In this document: positions 11,434-20,684 of the stretch, piece by piece
Position numbering within the stretch: position 1 is the first letter of the stretch
Layout: each line of letters opens with the position of its first letter
IMG/VR virus record: IMGVR_UViG_3300042914_002334
Span: 1 to 64,000 of that record
Source of the DNA: a virus
Strand: one strand, 5' to 3'
Length of the DNA stretch: 64,000 nucleotides
Position numbers and translations under genes: made by a program
The notes under the pieces: generated by a model
What the model saw: only the letters and a program-made list of their open reading frames with translations
Told to the model about the DNA's origin: nothing
The model's database searches: none

Positions 11434-14400
11434 TTATGTTGGTGTAAAGTTGGTGGTATACTTGGCGTAACCTTTGTGTATTCTAAAGTCGTCAACGTAT
11501 CCACGATACAAGTAAGGGATGCTATAGTATCCACCAATTGCTATGTTTGTTCCTGTTATGTTTCCGTTAGCAGTTCTACTGTCAACTGAAGTGCCGTTGA
11601 CGTACAAAGTTACTACACCTGAACTACGAACTACGGCAATGTGTGTCCACGTATTTACAGATACTACTGAAGTTGTAGATCCAACCCATTCACCTGCAAT
11701 ACTTACACATAATGCACCTGTTAGTGCAGTCGAGGTTGTTGTTCCAGTTCTGGCAGTTCCCATTACGAGTGAAATGCCAGTGTTATAACTGGGAGCTAAA
11801 CCTCCAGCAGTAGTAGACGTTTGGAATGTTCCACGCTGCGCGGCTCCACTTACATCCTCACTATACTGCCAACATTCGATTGTAAAGTCGCCAGTTCCAA
11901 ACGCAAGATCAGGATTATTAGCGGCCATATAGTCACCAGTTCCATCAAAGTATATTGATGAGCCGCCACTTCTACTTTGTGTTGTACTGATGGCCGCATC
12001 ACCTACTGTCTCGAAGTTGAAATCACTAACAGCATCGTATACTGCTCCGTTGCGGAAGTTTAGTAATGCACTGGCGCTTGCTGATACTACAGGCGGGACA
12101 GCAGATGGCACAAAGTTAGACACATACTGACAACTACCGCGTAGCACACGAACTCCAGCAATACTACAATTTGTATATAGCGTCGATGCAGTGCGAGAAC
12201 CAACAACTAACGGATTTAGTGTTGCGCGATTTACCGCCGCACTGCTTGTTGCAGTAGAGGTTAACACTCCATTTGCAAAAGATCGTATAGTAGAATTTTG
12301 TCTTGTAACTGCAAGATGATACCAAACATTTGCTCTTGGTGACTGCAACACATTCATATCACTGACCAAGTCATATGTTGCTCCTCCAGAAGAACCTGCA
12401 TAGAATTCAATTCTGGAGTTTGTGCTATTCCAAAAAAATAGCCATCCTCTGGTCCCAGCGTTGTCAGTGCCTAAGAATCCAGTACCTGATCCAGGAATAG
12501 TATTAAACTTTATCCAGCACTCAATAGTAAAATCTTCACTAGTTTGCGGAGCGTATAAATCATTTCCTGGCAAAGTAATGTTGTCTCCGTTGCCGTCAAA
12601 ATATCCTGCACCACCTAATAACAATCCAGCTGTATTAGTTGTAGTGACAGTTCTGTTAGTGGCAAATGGATGTATGGGCTCCATTCGCGTGCCGCTGCTA
12701 TTGAATACATATAGATTGTTTCCACTGTTGTCTAACATATTCATGCACTGACATCCCAAGAAGCCAGTATTAGCACTTGCAACTAATGGGTATGTACTTG
12801 GTGTAAAGTTTGAAGTATAAACAGCAAGACCCTTAGTGATGCGAGCGTTACTGATGTATCCCTTGTAATAACTTACCCCGGAGGCTGGAATTGATCCTCC
12901 AGTTCCATAGTAATTTCCAAGTGTGTGGTTAATGTTGATATACCCACCAGTTGTTGAGTTAGTTACCGTTGATATGCTTGTGCCGTTTAGATACATAGTA
13001 AATGTATTTCCGTTACGAGTAACCGCAACGTGATTCCAAGTACCCATACTAACGACAGTACTTGGAGACATTATTGCAGCATTGGATGGACCCCAGAAGA
13101 ATTCTATTAAATTGGACGAAGTTAGGCGAATTATATATCCAATAACATTGTTATCTACCTGCGACCACTGTGCCATAACTGTTCTGTTAGTAGCACCTGG
13201 GCTCTCAGCATTAAACCAACATTCAATGGTAAAGTCTCCGCTTCTAATGTTAATAGCATTACTATGATTTATAGTCATAACACCGGTTGTTCCATCAAAG
13301 TATGTAGAGTATATTCTATTGAATGGCACAAACTGATTAGTAGTAGTTACACTGGTATTAGTAATAGCGTAATTATTTGCTACATCTACGATTGATTTAT
13401 CGTTGCAAGTTAGCAAGCTTGTTCTGGCAACAACAGGCAAATTATCTACGCTATTAGTGTATGGCGTTGGAGGAGATTGTAAAGTATACAAACAATCTTT
13501 TACGATTCTAAGATTATTGATGTAACCATTGAATCCGTAACCAGCTGTTCTATTAGATCCGATTAAACAAGAATATGCTGATCCTAAGTTGGAACTGATA
13601 GTAACGCGATCTACTAATGTGCCATTTACCCATATGTTAGCAGTGGTTGCTCCGGCTGGGCGTGTAATTGCTAAATGATGCCATTCATTCAAATTGAACA
13701 CATATGACGTTGTGGTTCTTTCTACGTTTACTGGGCCGTCGTAAAATAGTAGATTTAGAGAATTATTAATTCTAACCGTGATTGATTCTGCGAACGGCCC
13801 GGAACGTAAATCAAGTATTGTTCCTACTCCATTAGCGGGATTAGATGAAGGATATACCCAGCACTCAATAGTAAATGCTCCTGTGCCTAATCCAAACGCA
13901 GCATTAGATGCTATTGCCAAACTTGCTGAGCCGTTGAAGAAATAACTATGATAGTTGTCGTATGGATTCTGTGGCTGTCCAGTATTACTAGTATTGATAG
14001 ACACATTAGATGAAGTAACTGTCAAACGATTTGAACTTATGTCATTGAAATTATTGATGCCTGGTATTAGTAATGTTGTTCCAGATTCTGCTGTTAGATT
14101 AGTAGTTGGCGGAATAAAAGGCCCGTTGTAGCGAACGACATTTGAAATTCTAAAGTCGCGTAAATTTCCGTTTGTAAACCACACACTGGTGTCACGATTT
14201 CTTCCAATGTCAAGTGGGGTAGAATTAGGATTTGGTACGGTAGCATTAGTGAATGACCCAGCCGCCATTCCATTGAGATAATATCTCCAACTACTTCCGT
14301 CTCTGCAAATAGCAACATGTGTCCAACTATTTAATGGAACACCGAGAGTTGATGTGCCTACCGTAACGTTAGTATTCATCGTGATTCCAAATTGACCAGC

Positions 14401-17400
14401 AGTGTTTATTCCAGAAATATAAGAGTATCCAGTACTGGCGTCCCACTTAGAAAAAATTATCCCATTTGGACTTGTGTATGATCTTAGATAAACCCAGTAT
14501 TCAATCGTGAACACTGAACCCAATCTAACAGCACTATTATCGGCGATTGATAGAAATGAAGTACTGCCATTGAAGTTCATTGATCCTTTATTCAAGAACG
14601 GATCAAACATTGTTGTCTTGGCATCTCCAGATACAGTAATAGCAAAATTATTCGTGCTATTATCTATAAATCTTGGACCTTGACATGTTAATAAACTGGT
14701 ACCACTTACTGCTGTAAGTTGACTTGTAGATGGAGTAAACGCAGATGTATATAGTGCTGTTCCGTTTACTACACGCACATTAGATATGTAACCAACAAAG
14801 GGATACAAACTACCAGAATCCATACCAATTCTAAAATTGCTTGTCGGGTAACTTGCACTCTGTGTAATAGTACTACCTACTTGTACTCCATTAACAAAAA
14901 ATCTTAGCGAAGAGCCTGATCTGGTAGCTGCCAGGTGATACCACTGATTCATTACTATAGTGTTTGAATTTATAAAACTACCAGCATTTCCAGTGTACCA
15001 GAACTGAAAGTTAGTTCCATATTGATATAATCTAAATGGAGCGGAGGCACCATAATTATCTATACCAAAAATAAGTCTGTAACTTACAGCACTACTTGTT
15101 GGATATACCCAGCACTCGTATGTAAAATCTCCAGTGCCTGGCCCAGTTAAATTGGTAACTGTCAGCATATCGCCGGTACCGTCAAAGTATCCACTCCAAT
15201 TTGTTGTATTGCTTGTTGAGTTAGTGAATGGGTTATTAATTACTGGTCGTGCATCACCGTTAGCAGTAATACTAAATGCGTTAGTGCTATTGTCAATCAA
15301 AGTTGGACTTTGACATGTTAGTAAGCTAGTGTTAGCAACAGCCGTTAGCGGAGATGTTGATGGGGTAAAGTTAGCGGTGTAAACGGCAGTGCCTTTTACT
15401 ACGCGAAGATTTGAAATACAACCAGCATAGTGATCAGTTAAGTTTTTAGCTATAGTGATTACTTTTGAACCTCCTCCGTCAAGTGACGCCGCATTGGTTG
15501 CTGTACCATCAGAAACCCCGTTTAAATATAAAGTAAATGTGTTACTGTTACGAACTAAAGCTACATGATACCAAGTATTAGGAATTATGGTAGTAGACCC
15601 TGTAATTACTGAAGCAGAGGAATTTATGTTAAAAACCCAGAAATTAATCTTATTTACAATAGACGGAGTGGTATTGTTTAGTTGAATGCTCCAAAAGTTA
15701 GCCGCATACGCTACGTCACTTCCTATCAATATAGTTCTTGTTGTAGGCTGAGATGTACTGGCGTTAAACCAAAATTCTATAGTAAACGAGCTATTATCTA
15801 AGCTTAGAGCAACATTTGATGGCGTATTTAAAAAATCACCAGTACCATCAAAATACACACCGTAGCTAGAGGGAGTTGCAATTTGCGTTACTGGAGTATT
15901 AACGATAGTGTTAGTGAATGGGTTATTAATTACTGGTCGTGCATCACCGTTAGCAGTAATACTAAATGCGTTAGTACTGTTGTCAATCAAAGTTGGACTT
16001 TGACAAGTCAATAAACTGGTATTAGCAACAGCAGTTAATGCGGTTGTGAGTGGAGTAAAAGCAGCGGTATATAGTGCGGTTCCTTTTACTAATCTAAAAT
16101 TGCTTATATATCCTGCTGGGAATACACTTGTTCCATTGGCAGCATTAGCCCCAATTGTCAAGTTAGCACCGGAATCAACTACAGTTCCCGCGACTGTAGC
16201 AGTAGCTCCCTGTTGGCCATTTACGAATAGTCTCCATGTATTTCCACTGCGAGTAACTGCTATGTGGGTCCAAGTTTGCTGAATAACAGAAATACTGCTA
16301 TTTATGTTGACATTCCAATTGGTATTATCAACTGAAACTAATAAACGAGGAACACTTGCTCCTTCAAAACCAACTATTATTCCAAGAGAGCTTGCAATTG
16401 CTCGTTTACCAAAAATGTATCCAGTCCAAGGGGCGGGCGCTGCCAAATAAACCCATGCCTCAATAGTAAAATCAGAGCTTCCAACGACTATGGCTGCATT
16501 ACTTGCTACACTCAAATAATCTCCGGCACCATCAAAATAAACACTATGGCTAGCTGGTGTTACAGATTGCGTTGTGATTGCGGTTGGTGTAATTGTAGTA
16601 GTGCTGTTAGCAAACGGACTATTTGCTGTTACTCTTGAATCGCCGACAACAGTAATTGTAAAGTTATTTGAGCTATTGTCAGCAATTACACCACCTTGAC
16701 ATGTTAGTAAGCTAGTGTTAGCAACAGCAGTTAATGCGGTTGTTGAAGGAGTAAAAGCAGCGGTATATAGTGCGGTGTCTTTTACTATTCTGAAATTACT
16801 AATATAGGATGCGGCTATAGGAAAACTTCCGTCTGCTGCTGATGCACCAATGGAAAAAGAAGCAGTATTACTGGGTACCGTTCCACTTAATGTTGCTGTT
16901 ATTCCAACTACCCCATTAACAAATACTCTCCAAGTGCTTCCGCTTCTTGTAACTGCTACGTGATTCCAATTATTAATTATTGCATTTATTGAACTAGTTG
17001 AATTTATTCCCCAACTGCTTCCGTCTACTGTCGCCAGTAAAGTTACAGTTCCAGAAGTTGTCAGTGCTAAGCTAATTCCTCCGTATATCGAGAAGTTGGC
17101 TCTTTTAGTGAAAATCGCACCCGCAGCACTGAATGACACCGGGTATACCCAGCATTCTATTGTAAAGTCACTGGCATTCATGTTTAGTGCCGCATTATTC
17201 GCAATATTTAAATAATCACCAGTACCGTCAAAATAAACACTGCCAGTTGGTATGCTAGTAACTTCACTGCTACCAAACGGTTCAAATGAACTTGTGCGTG
17301 TATCTCCTACTTGAGTTATGGTATGAGCAAATGGACTGTTATCAATAAAATAAGAATTTTGACATGTTAGTAAACTGGTATTGGTGACGGCAGTTAATGC

Positions 17401-18108
17401 AGTTGTAGATGAAGTAAAGTTAGCGGTGTAAACGGCAGTTCCTTTTACAACGCGAAGATTGCTAATATATCCTGTCCAATACAATGGTGTACTAGCAGCA
17501 CCAATACTAACTCCGTTTTGCGACAAATTATATCCGTTAGGATTTCCTCCAGTAGTAAATGCAGTGTTGACTCCATTTATGAACATATACATAGTTCCAG
17601 AACTTCTGGAAACAGCTACATGATACCACACACCCGTGTTAAAAGTTGTTGTAGTTTGAACATTAAAGCCACCCGAAGCATGCGTTCCGAAAAATAAACC
17701 AGTTCCGTTAACCGCAAGAAACCATTTATTATTTGTTGAACTTCCTACTGCATCACTTTGACAGATTGGTTGAATTCCACTACCACCAGTTCTCATTATC
17801 CAAGCTTCAACTGTAAAATCTCCAGTATCGAATGCAAAAGCAGTATTAGCAGGAACGGTTAAGTAATCTCCAGTGCCATCAAAGAAACAACTCCAGTTTG
17901 TGCCGTATGGTCCAGCACTACCTTGTGTGCTATTACCATTAACAGTAATCGGACCATTGAATAATCTGGACTCATCAACAAATATGTTGTTTTTGCCCTT
18001 GTTATACCCGTTGCCGGACATCTTCATTATCAAATACTGCACAGCATCAGTTATTGCTGAAATTCCTGAACTAATTTTTCTCGCAGATACACTCCAAAAT
18101 CCAAACAT
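11434..18108 (-). CDS. multi-LamG (concanavalin A-like, about 10 modules) adhesin, 2224 aa
   Basis: About 10 repeats of F[DN]GxGDYL...FTIECW...WxHxAxxR...YISNxRxxKG...SLLTCQ. Confidence 0.85.
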   Translation of the reverse strand: MFGFWSVSARKISSGISAITDAVQYLIMKMSGNGYNKGKNNIFVDESRLFNGPITVNGNSTQGSAGPYGTNWSCFFDGTGDYLTVPANTAFAFDTGDFTVEAWIMRTGGSGIQPICQSDAVGSSTNNKWFLAVNGTGLFFGTHASGGFNVQTTTTFNTGVWYHVAVSRSSGTMYMFINGVNTAFTTGGNPNGYNLSQNGVSIGAASTPLYWTGYISNLRVVKGTAVYTANFTSSTTALTAVTNTSLLTCQNSYFIDNSPFAHTITQVGDTRTSSFEPFGSSEVTSIPTGSVYFDGTGDYLNIANNAALNMNASDFTIECWVYPVSFSAAGAIFTKRANFSIYGGISLALTTSGTVTLLATVDGSSWGINSTSSINAIINNWNHVAVTRSGSTWRVFVNGVVGITATLSGTVPSNTASFSIGASAADGSFPIAASYISNFRIVKDTALYTAAFTPSTTALTAVANTSLLTCQGGVIADNSSNNFTITVVGDSRVTANSPFANSTTTITPTAITTQSVTPASHSVYFDGAGDYLSVASNAAIVVGSSDFTIEAWVYLAAPAPWTGYIFGKRAIASSLGIIVGFEGASVPRLLVSVDNTNWNVNINSSISVIQQTWTHIAVTRSGNTWRLFVNGQQGATATVAGTVVDSGANLTIGANAANGTSVFPAGYISNFRLVKGTALYTAAFTPLTTALTAVANTSLLTCQSPTLIDNSTNAFSITANGDARPVINNPFTNTIVNTPVTQIATPSSYGVYFDGTGDFLNTPSNVALSLDNSSFTIEFWFNASTSQPTTRTILIGSDVAYAANFWSIQLNNTTPSIVNKINFWVFNINSSASVITGSTTIIPNTWYHVALVRNSNTFTLYLNGVSDGTATNAASLDGGGSKVITIAKNLTDHYAGCISNLRVVKGTAVYTANFTPSTSPLTAVANTSLLTCQSPTLIDNSTNAFSITANGDARPVINNPFTNSTSNTTNWSGYFDGTGDMLTVTNLTGPGTGDFTYECWVYPTSSAVSYRLIFGIDNYGASAPFRLYQYGTNFQFWYTGNAGSFINSNTIVMNQWYHLAATRSGSSLRFFVNGVQVGSTITQSASYPTSNFRIGMDSGSLYPFVGYISNVRVVNGTALYTSAFTPSTSQLTAVSGTSLLTCQGPRFIDNSTNNFAITVSGDAKTTMFDPFLNKGSMNFNGSTSFLSIADNSAVRLGSVFTIEYWVYLRSYTSPNGIIFSKWDASTGYSYISGINTAGQFGITMNTNVTVGTSTLGVPLNSWTHVAICRDGSSWRYYLNGMAAGSFTNATVPNPNSTPLDIGRNRDTSVWFTNGNLRDFRISNVVRYNGPFIPPTTNLTAESGTTLLIPGINNFNDISSNRLTVTSSNVSINTSNTGQPQNPYDNYHSYFFNGSASLAIASNAAFGLGTGAFTIECWVYPSSNPANGVGTILDLRSGPFAESITVRINNSLNLLFYDGPVNVERTTTSYVFNLNEWHHLAITRPAGATTANIWVNGTLVDRVTISSNLGSAYSCLIGSNRTAGYGFNGYINNLRIVKDCLYTLQSPPTPYTNSVDNLPVVARTSLLTCNDKSIVDVANNYAITNTSVTTTNQFVPFNRIYSTYFDGTTGVMTINHSNAINIRSGDFTIECWFNAESPGATNRTVMAQWSQVDNNVIGYIIRLTSSNLIEFFWGPSNAAIMSPSTVVSMGTWNHVAVTRNGNTFTMYLNGTSISTVTNSTTGGYININHTLGNYYGTGGSIPASGVSYYKGYISNARITKGLAVYTSNFTPSTYPLVASANTGFLGCQCMNMLDNSGNNLYVFNSSGTRMEPIHPFATNRTVTTTNTAGLLLGGAGYFDGNGDNITLPGNDLYAPQTSEDFTIECWIKFNTIPGSGTGFLGTDNAGTRGWLFFWNSTNSRIEFYAGSSGGATYDLVSDMNVLQSPRANVWYHLAVTRQNSTIRSFANGVLTSTATSSAAVNRATLNPLVVGSRTASTLYTNCSIAGVRVLRGSCQYVSNFVPSAVPPVVSASASALLNFRNGAVYDAVSDFNFETVGDAAISTTQSRSGGSSIYFDGTGDYMAANNPDLAFGTGDFTIECWQYSEDVSGAAQRGTFQTSTTAGGLAPSYNTGISLVMGTARTGTTTSTALTGALCVSIAGEWVGSTTSVVSVNTWTHIAVVRSSGVVTLYVNGTSVDSRTANGNITGTNIAIGGYYSIPYLYRGYVDDFRIHKGYAKYTTNFTPT

Positions 18109-18133
18109 AATAATTCCTAAATGCTAATAGTAA

Positions 18134-18162
18134 TATTTATCAGGGCTGTTTACAGCCCTGAT
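18134..18162 (-). promoter_or_regulatory. 11-bp inverted repeat fused to late-promoter motif ATAAATA
   Basis: ATCAGGGCTGT-TT-ACAGCCCTGAT (18139-18162) overlapping tatttat at 18134-18140; no U-tract. Confidence 0.65.
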
Positions 18163-18166
18163 GTTA

Positions 18167-20671
18167 TTAGAAGTTCAAGCCTGCTGTGAACCCATACCAG
18201 TTAGTTCCACCATCGTGTGTTACCAAAGTAAGAATGTCGGTCTTGCTTCCAGTGGTAGTTAGTGTCGGAGCAGTTCCTCCAGACCATTTAACAGAACCTG
18301 GCCAAGCAATAGTTTTTGAACCCGCCGCGTCTTGATTGACAAACAATGTCATACTATAAACACGACCACTAGCGGGCACATTGCTTAGTGTTAAAGTAGT
18401 AATGCTGGCATTCATAGTAATGTTAAACACGTTGCTCAAACTACAATCAAGTGTAGTGCTTGCAGAAGCAGTCACATTAGTACGAGTTTCTGTGTAGTTA
18501 GTACCGAATGTCAATCCACCACTTAGTGTCAGCGAACTTAATGTGCCCACGCTGGTTAGTGAACTACTTACAACATTGCTTGCCAATGTAGTTCCAGTTA
18601 GTGAGTTGGCGTCGGCGTTAGAAGCAGCAGCAGCCCAAGTTGGAACTCCACCGCTGACTGTTAGAACTTGATTGGAACTACCAATTGCTAACTTGTTTAG
18701 AGTATTTGAACCACTTGCATATAACAAATCACCAGTTGTCCAACTACTTTGTGCAGTACCACCATATGTAGCATCAACAACAGTACCTTGCCAAATACCA
18801 GTACCGATTGTACCAACGCTGGTTAAACTAGAGCCAGTAACGCCAGAACCTAATGTTGTCGCATTTAGTACACTGGTACCGTTAATGTAAAATGCTTTGC
18901 CACTGGCTAGGTCTAAGTGTTCACTGCTTGTCCACGCATCAGTTGAATCGACCCAATTAAATGTCTTGTCTGTTGCACCCTTTAATGTAATACCACCGCC
19001 GTCTGCTGTTATATCTGTAGGAGTAGCCACATCGCCCAATACAATGTTTTTATCATCAACCACTAACGTGGTGCTGTTAATTGTAGTAGTAGTACCATTG
19101 ACCGTTAAGTTTCCAGTTACAGTTAAGTTAGTACCAACTGTGGCGCTTCCACTTGTGCTGATGTCTGCAAAATTAGCAGTTCCAGTGAACGTTGGACTGG
19201 CAGAACGAACAGTGCTTCCAGTTCCAGTTGATGTAGTGGTTCCAGTTCCACCGTTTGCTACTGCTAATGTTCCAGTTATGTCACTTGCAGAGACTGAAGT
19301 TGGCATATTCAACGCGGTTAGCGTTGGACCTGTAGTGCTGTTTGTACCAAATACAGAATAGTTTCCACCACGAACATATACAGAACCTGCCGGACCGTAA
19401 ACTGTATAGCCGGAACCAAGAGAAACGTTAAACGCACATCCAGTGGCGACAAACGTTGATGTTGATGAAACAGAAACTCCATTACCGTTTGCTTTAGTAG
19501 AATTAAACGCTGAATAGCCGACATTTATTGTGCTTGTTCCTGCCAATGTTAATACATTTGTAGATGTGGCTGTTGTTAATTGAATTACTCCAAGTGTACA
19601 AGTTGTGTTTGTAAACTTCCAAGCATCACCGGTACTTGCAGAATTGGAGTTAATGTTTGAAATAACTCCGTTGTTTACGTTAGTGATGTCTACGGCAGGT
19701 GCATTTCCGGCAGCCACTATTTCGCAGTATGGAACACGAAGTTTATTACCGCTGGCAGCAGTATTGTTTACTAATAGTGGTGATCCTGTTCCTGCTGTAT
19801 ACAATGAACAGTTGTTAACTTCTAAAGTAGTTGCGATTGTTCCAGATAGTACAACGGCGCTGTTATTGCTGCCTCCTGCAATGAATAAATTATTCAGCGT
19901 GACAGAGTTTTGAAATACTCCGCTATGATCAACTGCTCCATTAATTGTTACTGTTCCAGAAATTCTGGTTGCTTTTGATTTGCCTTCATATCCCCAAATA
20001 TTTGTTAAAAATCTTGTAATCGTGATGTCTTCAACGTAATTTCCTGGAGCCAACATAATCATAATTTGTTCACCAGAATTTGATCCTTGTGGGAAATTAG
20101 TGTTGATGTAACTTAATGCGGCGCCGATTGTTAAGAATGGTCTGGTAATACTGCCGTCTCCGGTGGTGTCATTCCCACCCTTTGACACATTAATAACTTG
20201 AGTTACTCCTAATGAAGACCAACTGGTTGTTGTTCCGTTTGTAGTCAGTACTTTTCCAGAATTGTTTGTTTGACTTGGAAAAGCATCTACTGAACCCCAA
20301 CTTACTACAGACCCATCTGTTGTAAGAAACTTACCACTGTTAGTGATCTGAGTAGGAACAAGTGCATTGATTGCATCGCTGACAGTTGTGGACCCAGTAC
20401 CGCCATTTGCTATGGCTAATGTTCCAGCAAGAGTAATTGTTCCGCTGGCAGTAACTGGACCTCCACTTGTAGTAAGTCCTGTAGTTCCTCCGCTTACTTC
20501 TACACTGGTAACAGTTCCGCTTGTTTGACCACCAACTACGATACCACCAGCGGTTGTTCCATCGCCAACATATAGTCGTTGCGTGTCAGTAGTAAAAATT
20601 AACTCACCCGTCGCCGGAGTGATGTTTGTTCTATTTGTGCTTAAGCCTCTTCTTAGCTGTAATGATGGCAT
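18167..20671 (-). CDS. fibre protein: Mtd_N-like N-terminus, beta-helix (pectin-lyase-like) domain, C-terminal cap domain
   Basis: MPSLQLRRG..GELIFTTDTQRLYVGDGTTAGG; VSKGGNDTTGDGSITRPFLTIGAAL..LAPGNYVED; C-terminal WPGSVKWSGGTAPTL..DILTL..GGTNWYG. Confidence 0.8.
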   Translation of the reverse strand: MPSLQLRRGLSTNRTNITPATGELIFTTDTQRLYVGDGTTAGGIVVGGQTSGTVTSVEVSGGTTGLTTSGGPVTASGTITLAGTLAIANGGTGSTTVSDAINALVPTQITNSGKFLTTDGSVVSWGSVDAFPSQTNNSGKVLTTNGTTTSWSSLGVTQVINVSKGGNDTTGDGSITRPFLTIGAALSYINTNFPQGSNSGEQIMIMLAPGNYVEDITITRFLTNIWGYEGKSKATRISGTVTINGAVDHSGVFQNSVTLNNLFIAGGSNNSAVVLSGTIATTLEVNNCSLYTAGTGSPLLVNNTAASGNKLRVPYCEIVAAGNAPAVDITNVNNGVISNINSNSASTGDAWKFTNTTCTLGVIQLTTATSTNVLTLAGTSTINVGYSAFNSTKANGNGVSVSSTSTFVATGCAFNVSLGSGYTVYGPAGSVYVRGGNYSVFGTNSTTGPTLTALNMPTSVSASDITGTLAVANGGTGTTTSTGTGSTVRSASPTFTGTANFADISTSGSATVGTNLTVTGNLTVNGTTTTINSTTLVVDDKNIVLGDVATPTDITADGGGITLKGATDKTFNWVDSTDAWTSSEHLDLASGKAFYINGTSVLNATTLGSGVTGSSLTSVGTIGTGIWQGTVVDATYGGTAQSSWTTGDLLYASGSNTLNKLAIGSSNQVLTVSGGVPTWAAAASNADANSLTGTTLASNVVSSSLTSVGTLSSLTLSGGLTFGTNYTETRTNVTASASTTLDCSLSNVFNITMNASITTLTLSNVPASGRVYSMTLFVNQDAAGSKTIAWPGSVKWSGGTAPTLTTTGSKTDILTLVTHDGGTNWYGFTAGLNF

Positions 20672-20684
20672 CTTTTTCTCCTAA

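Noticed and set aside
18167-20671. Diversity-generating retroelement suggested by Mtd_N-like domains
   Set aside because: No reverse transcriptase, no non-coding template repeat and no adenine-specific mismatch pair seen in this window
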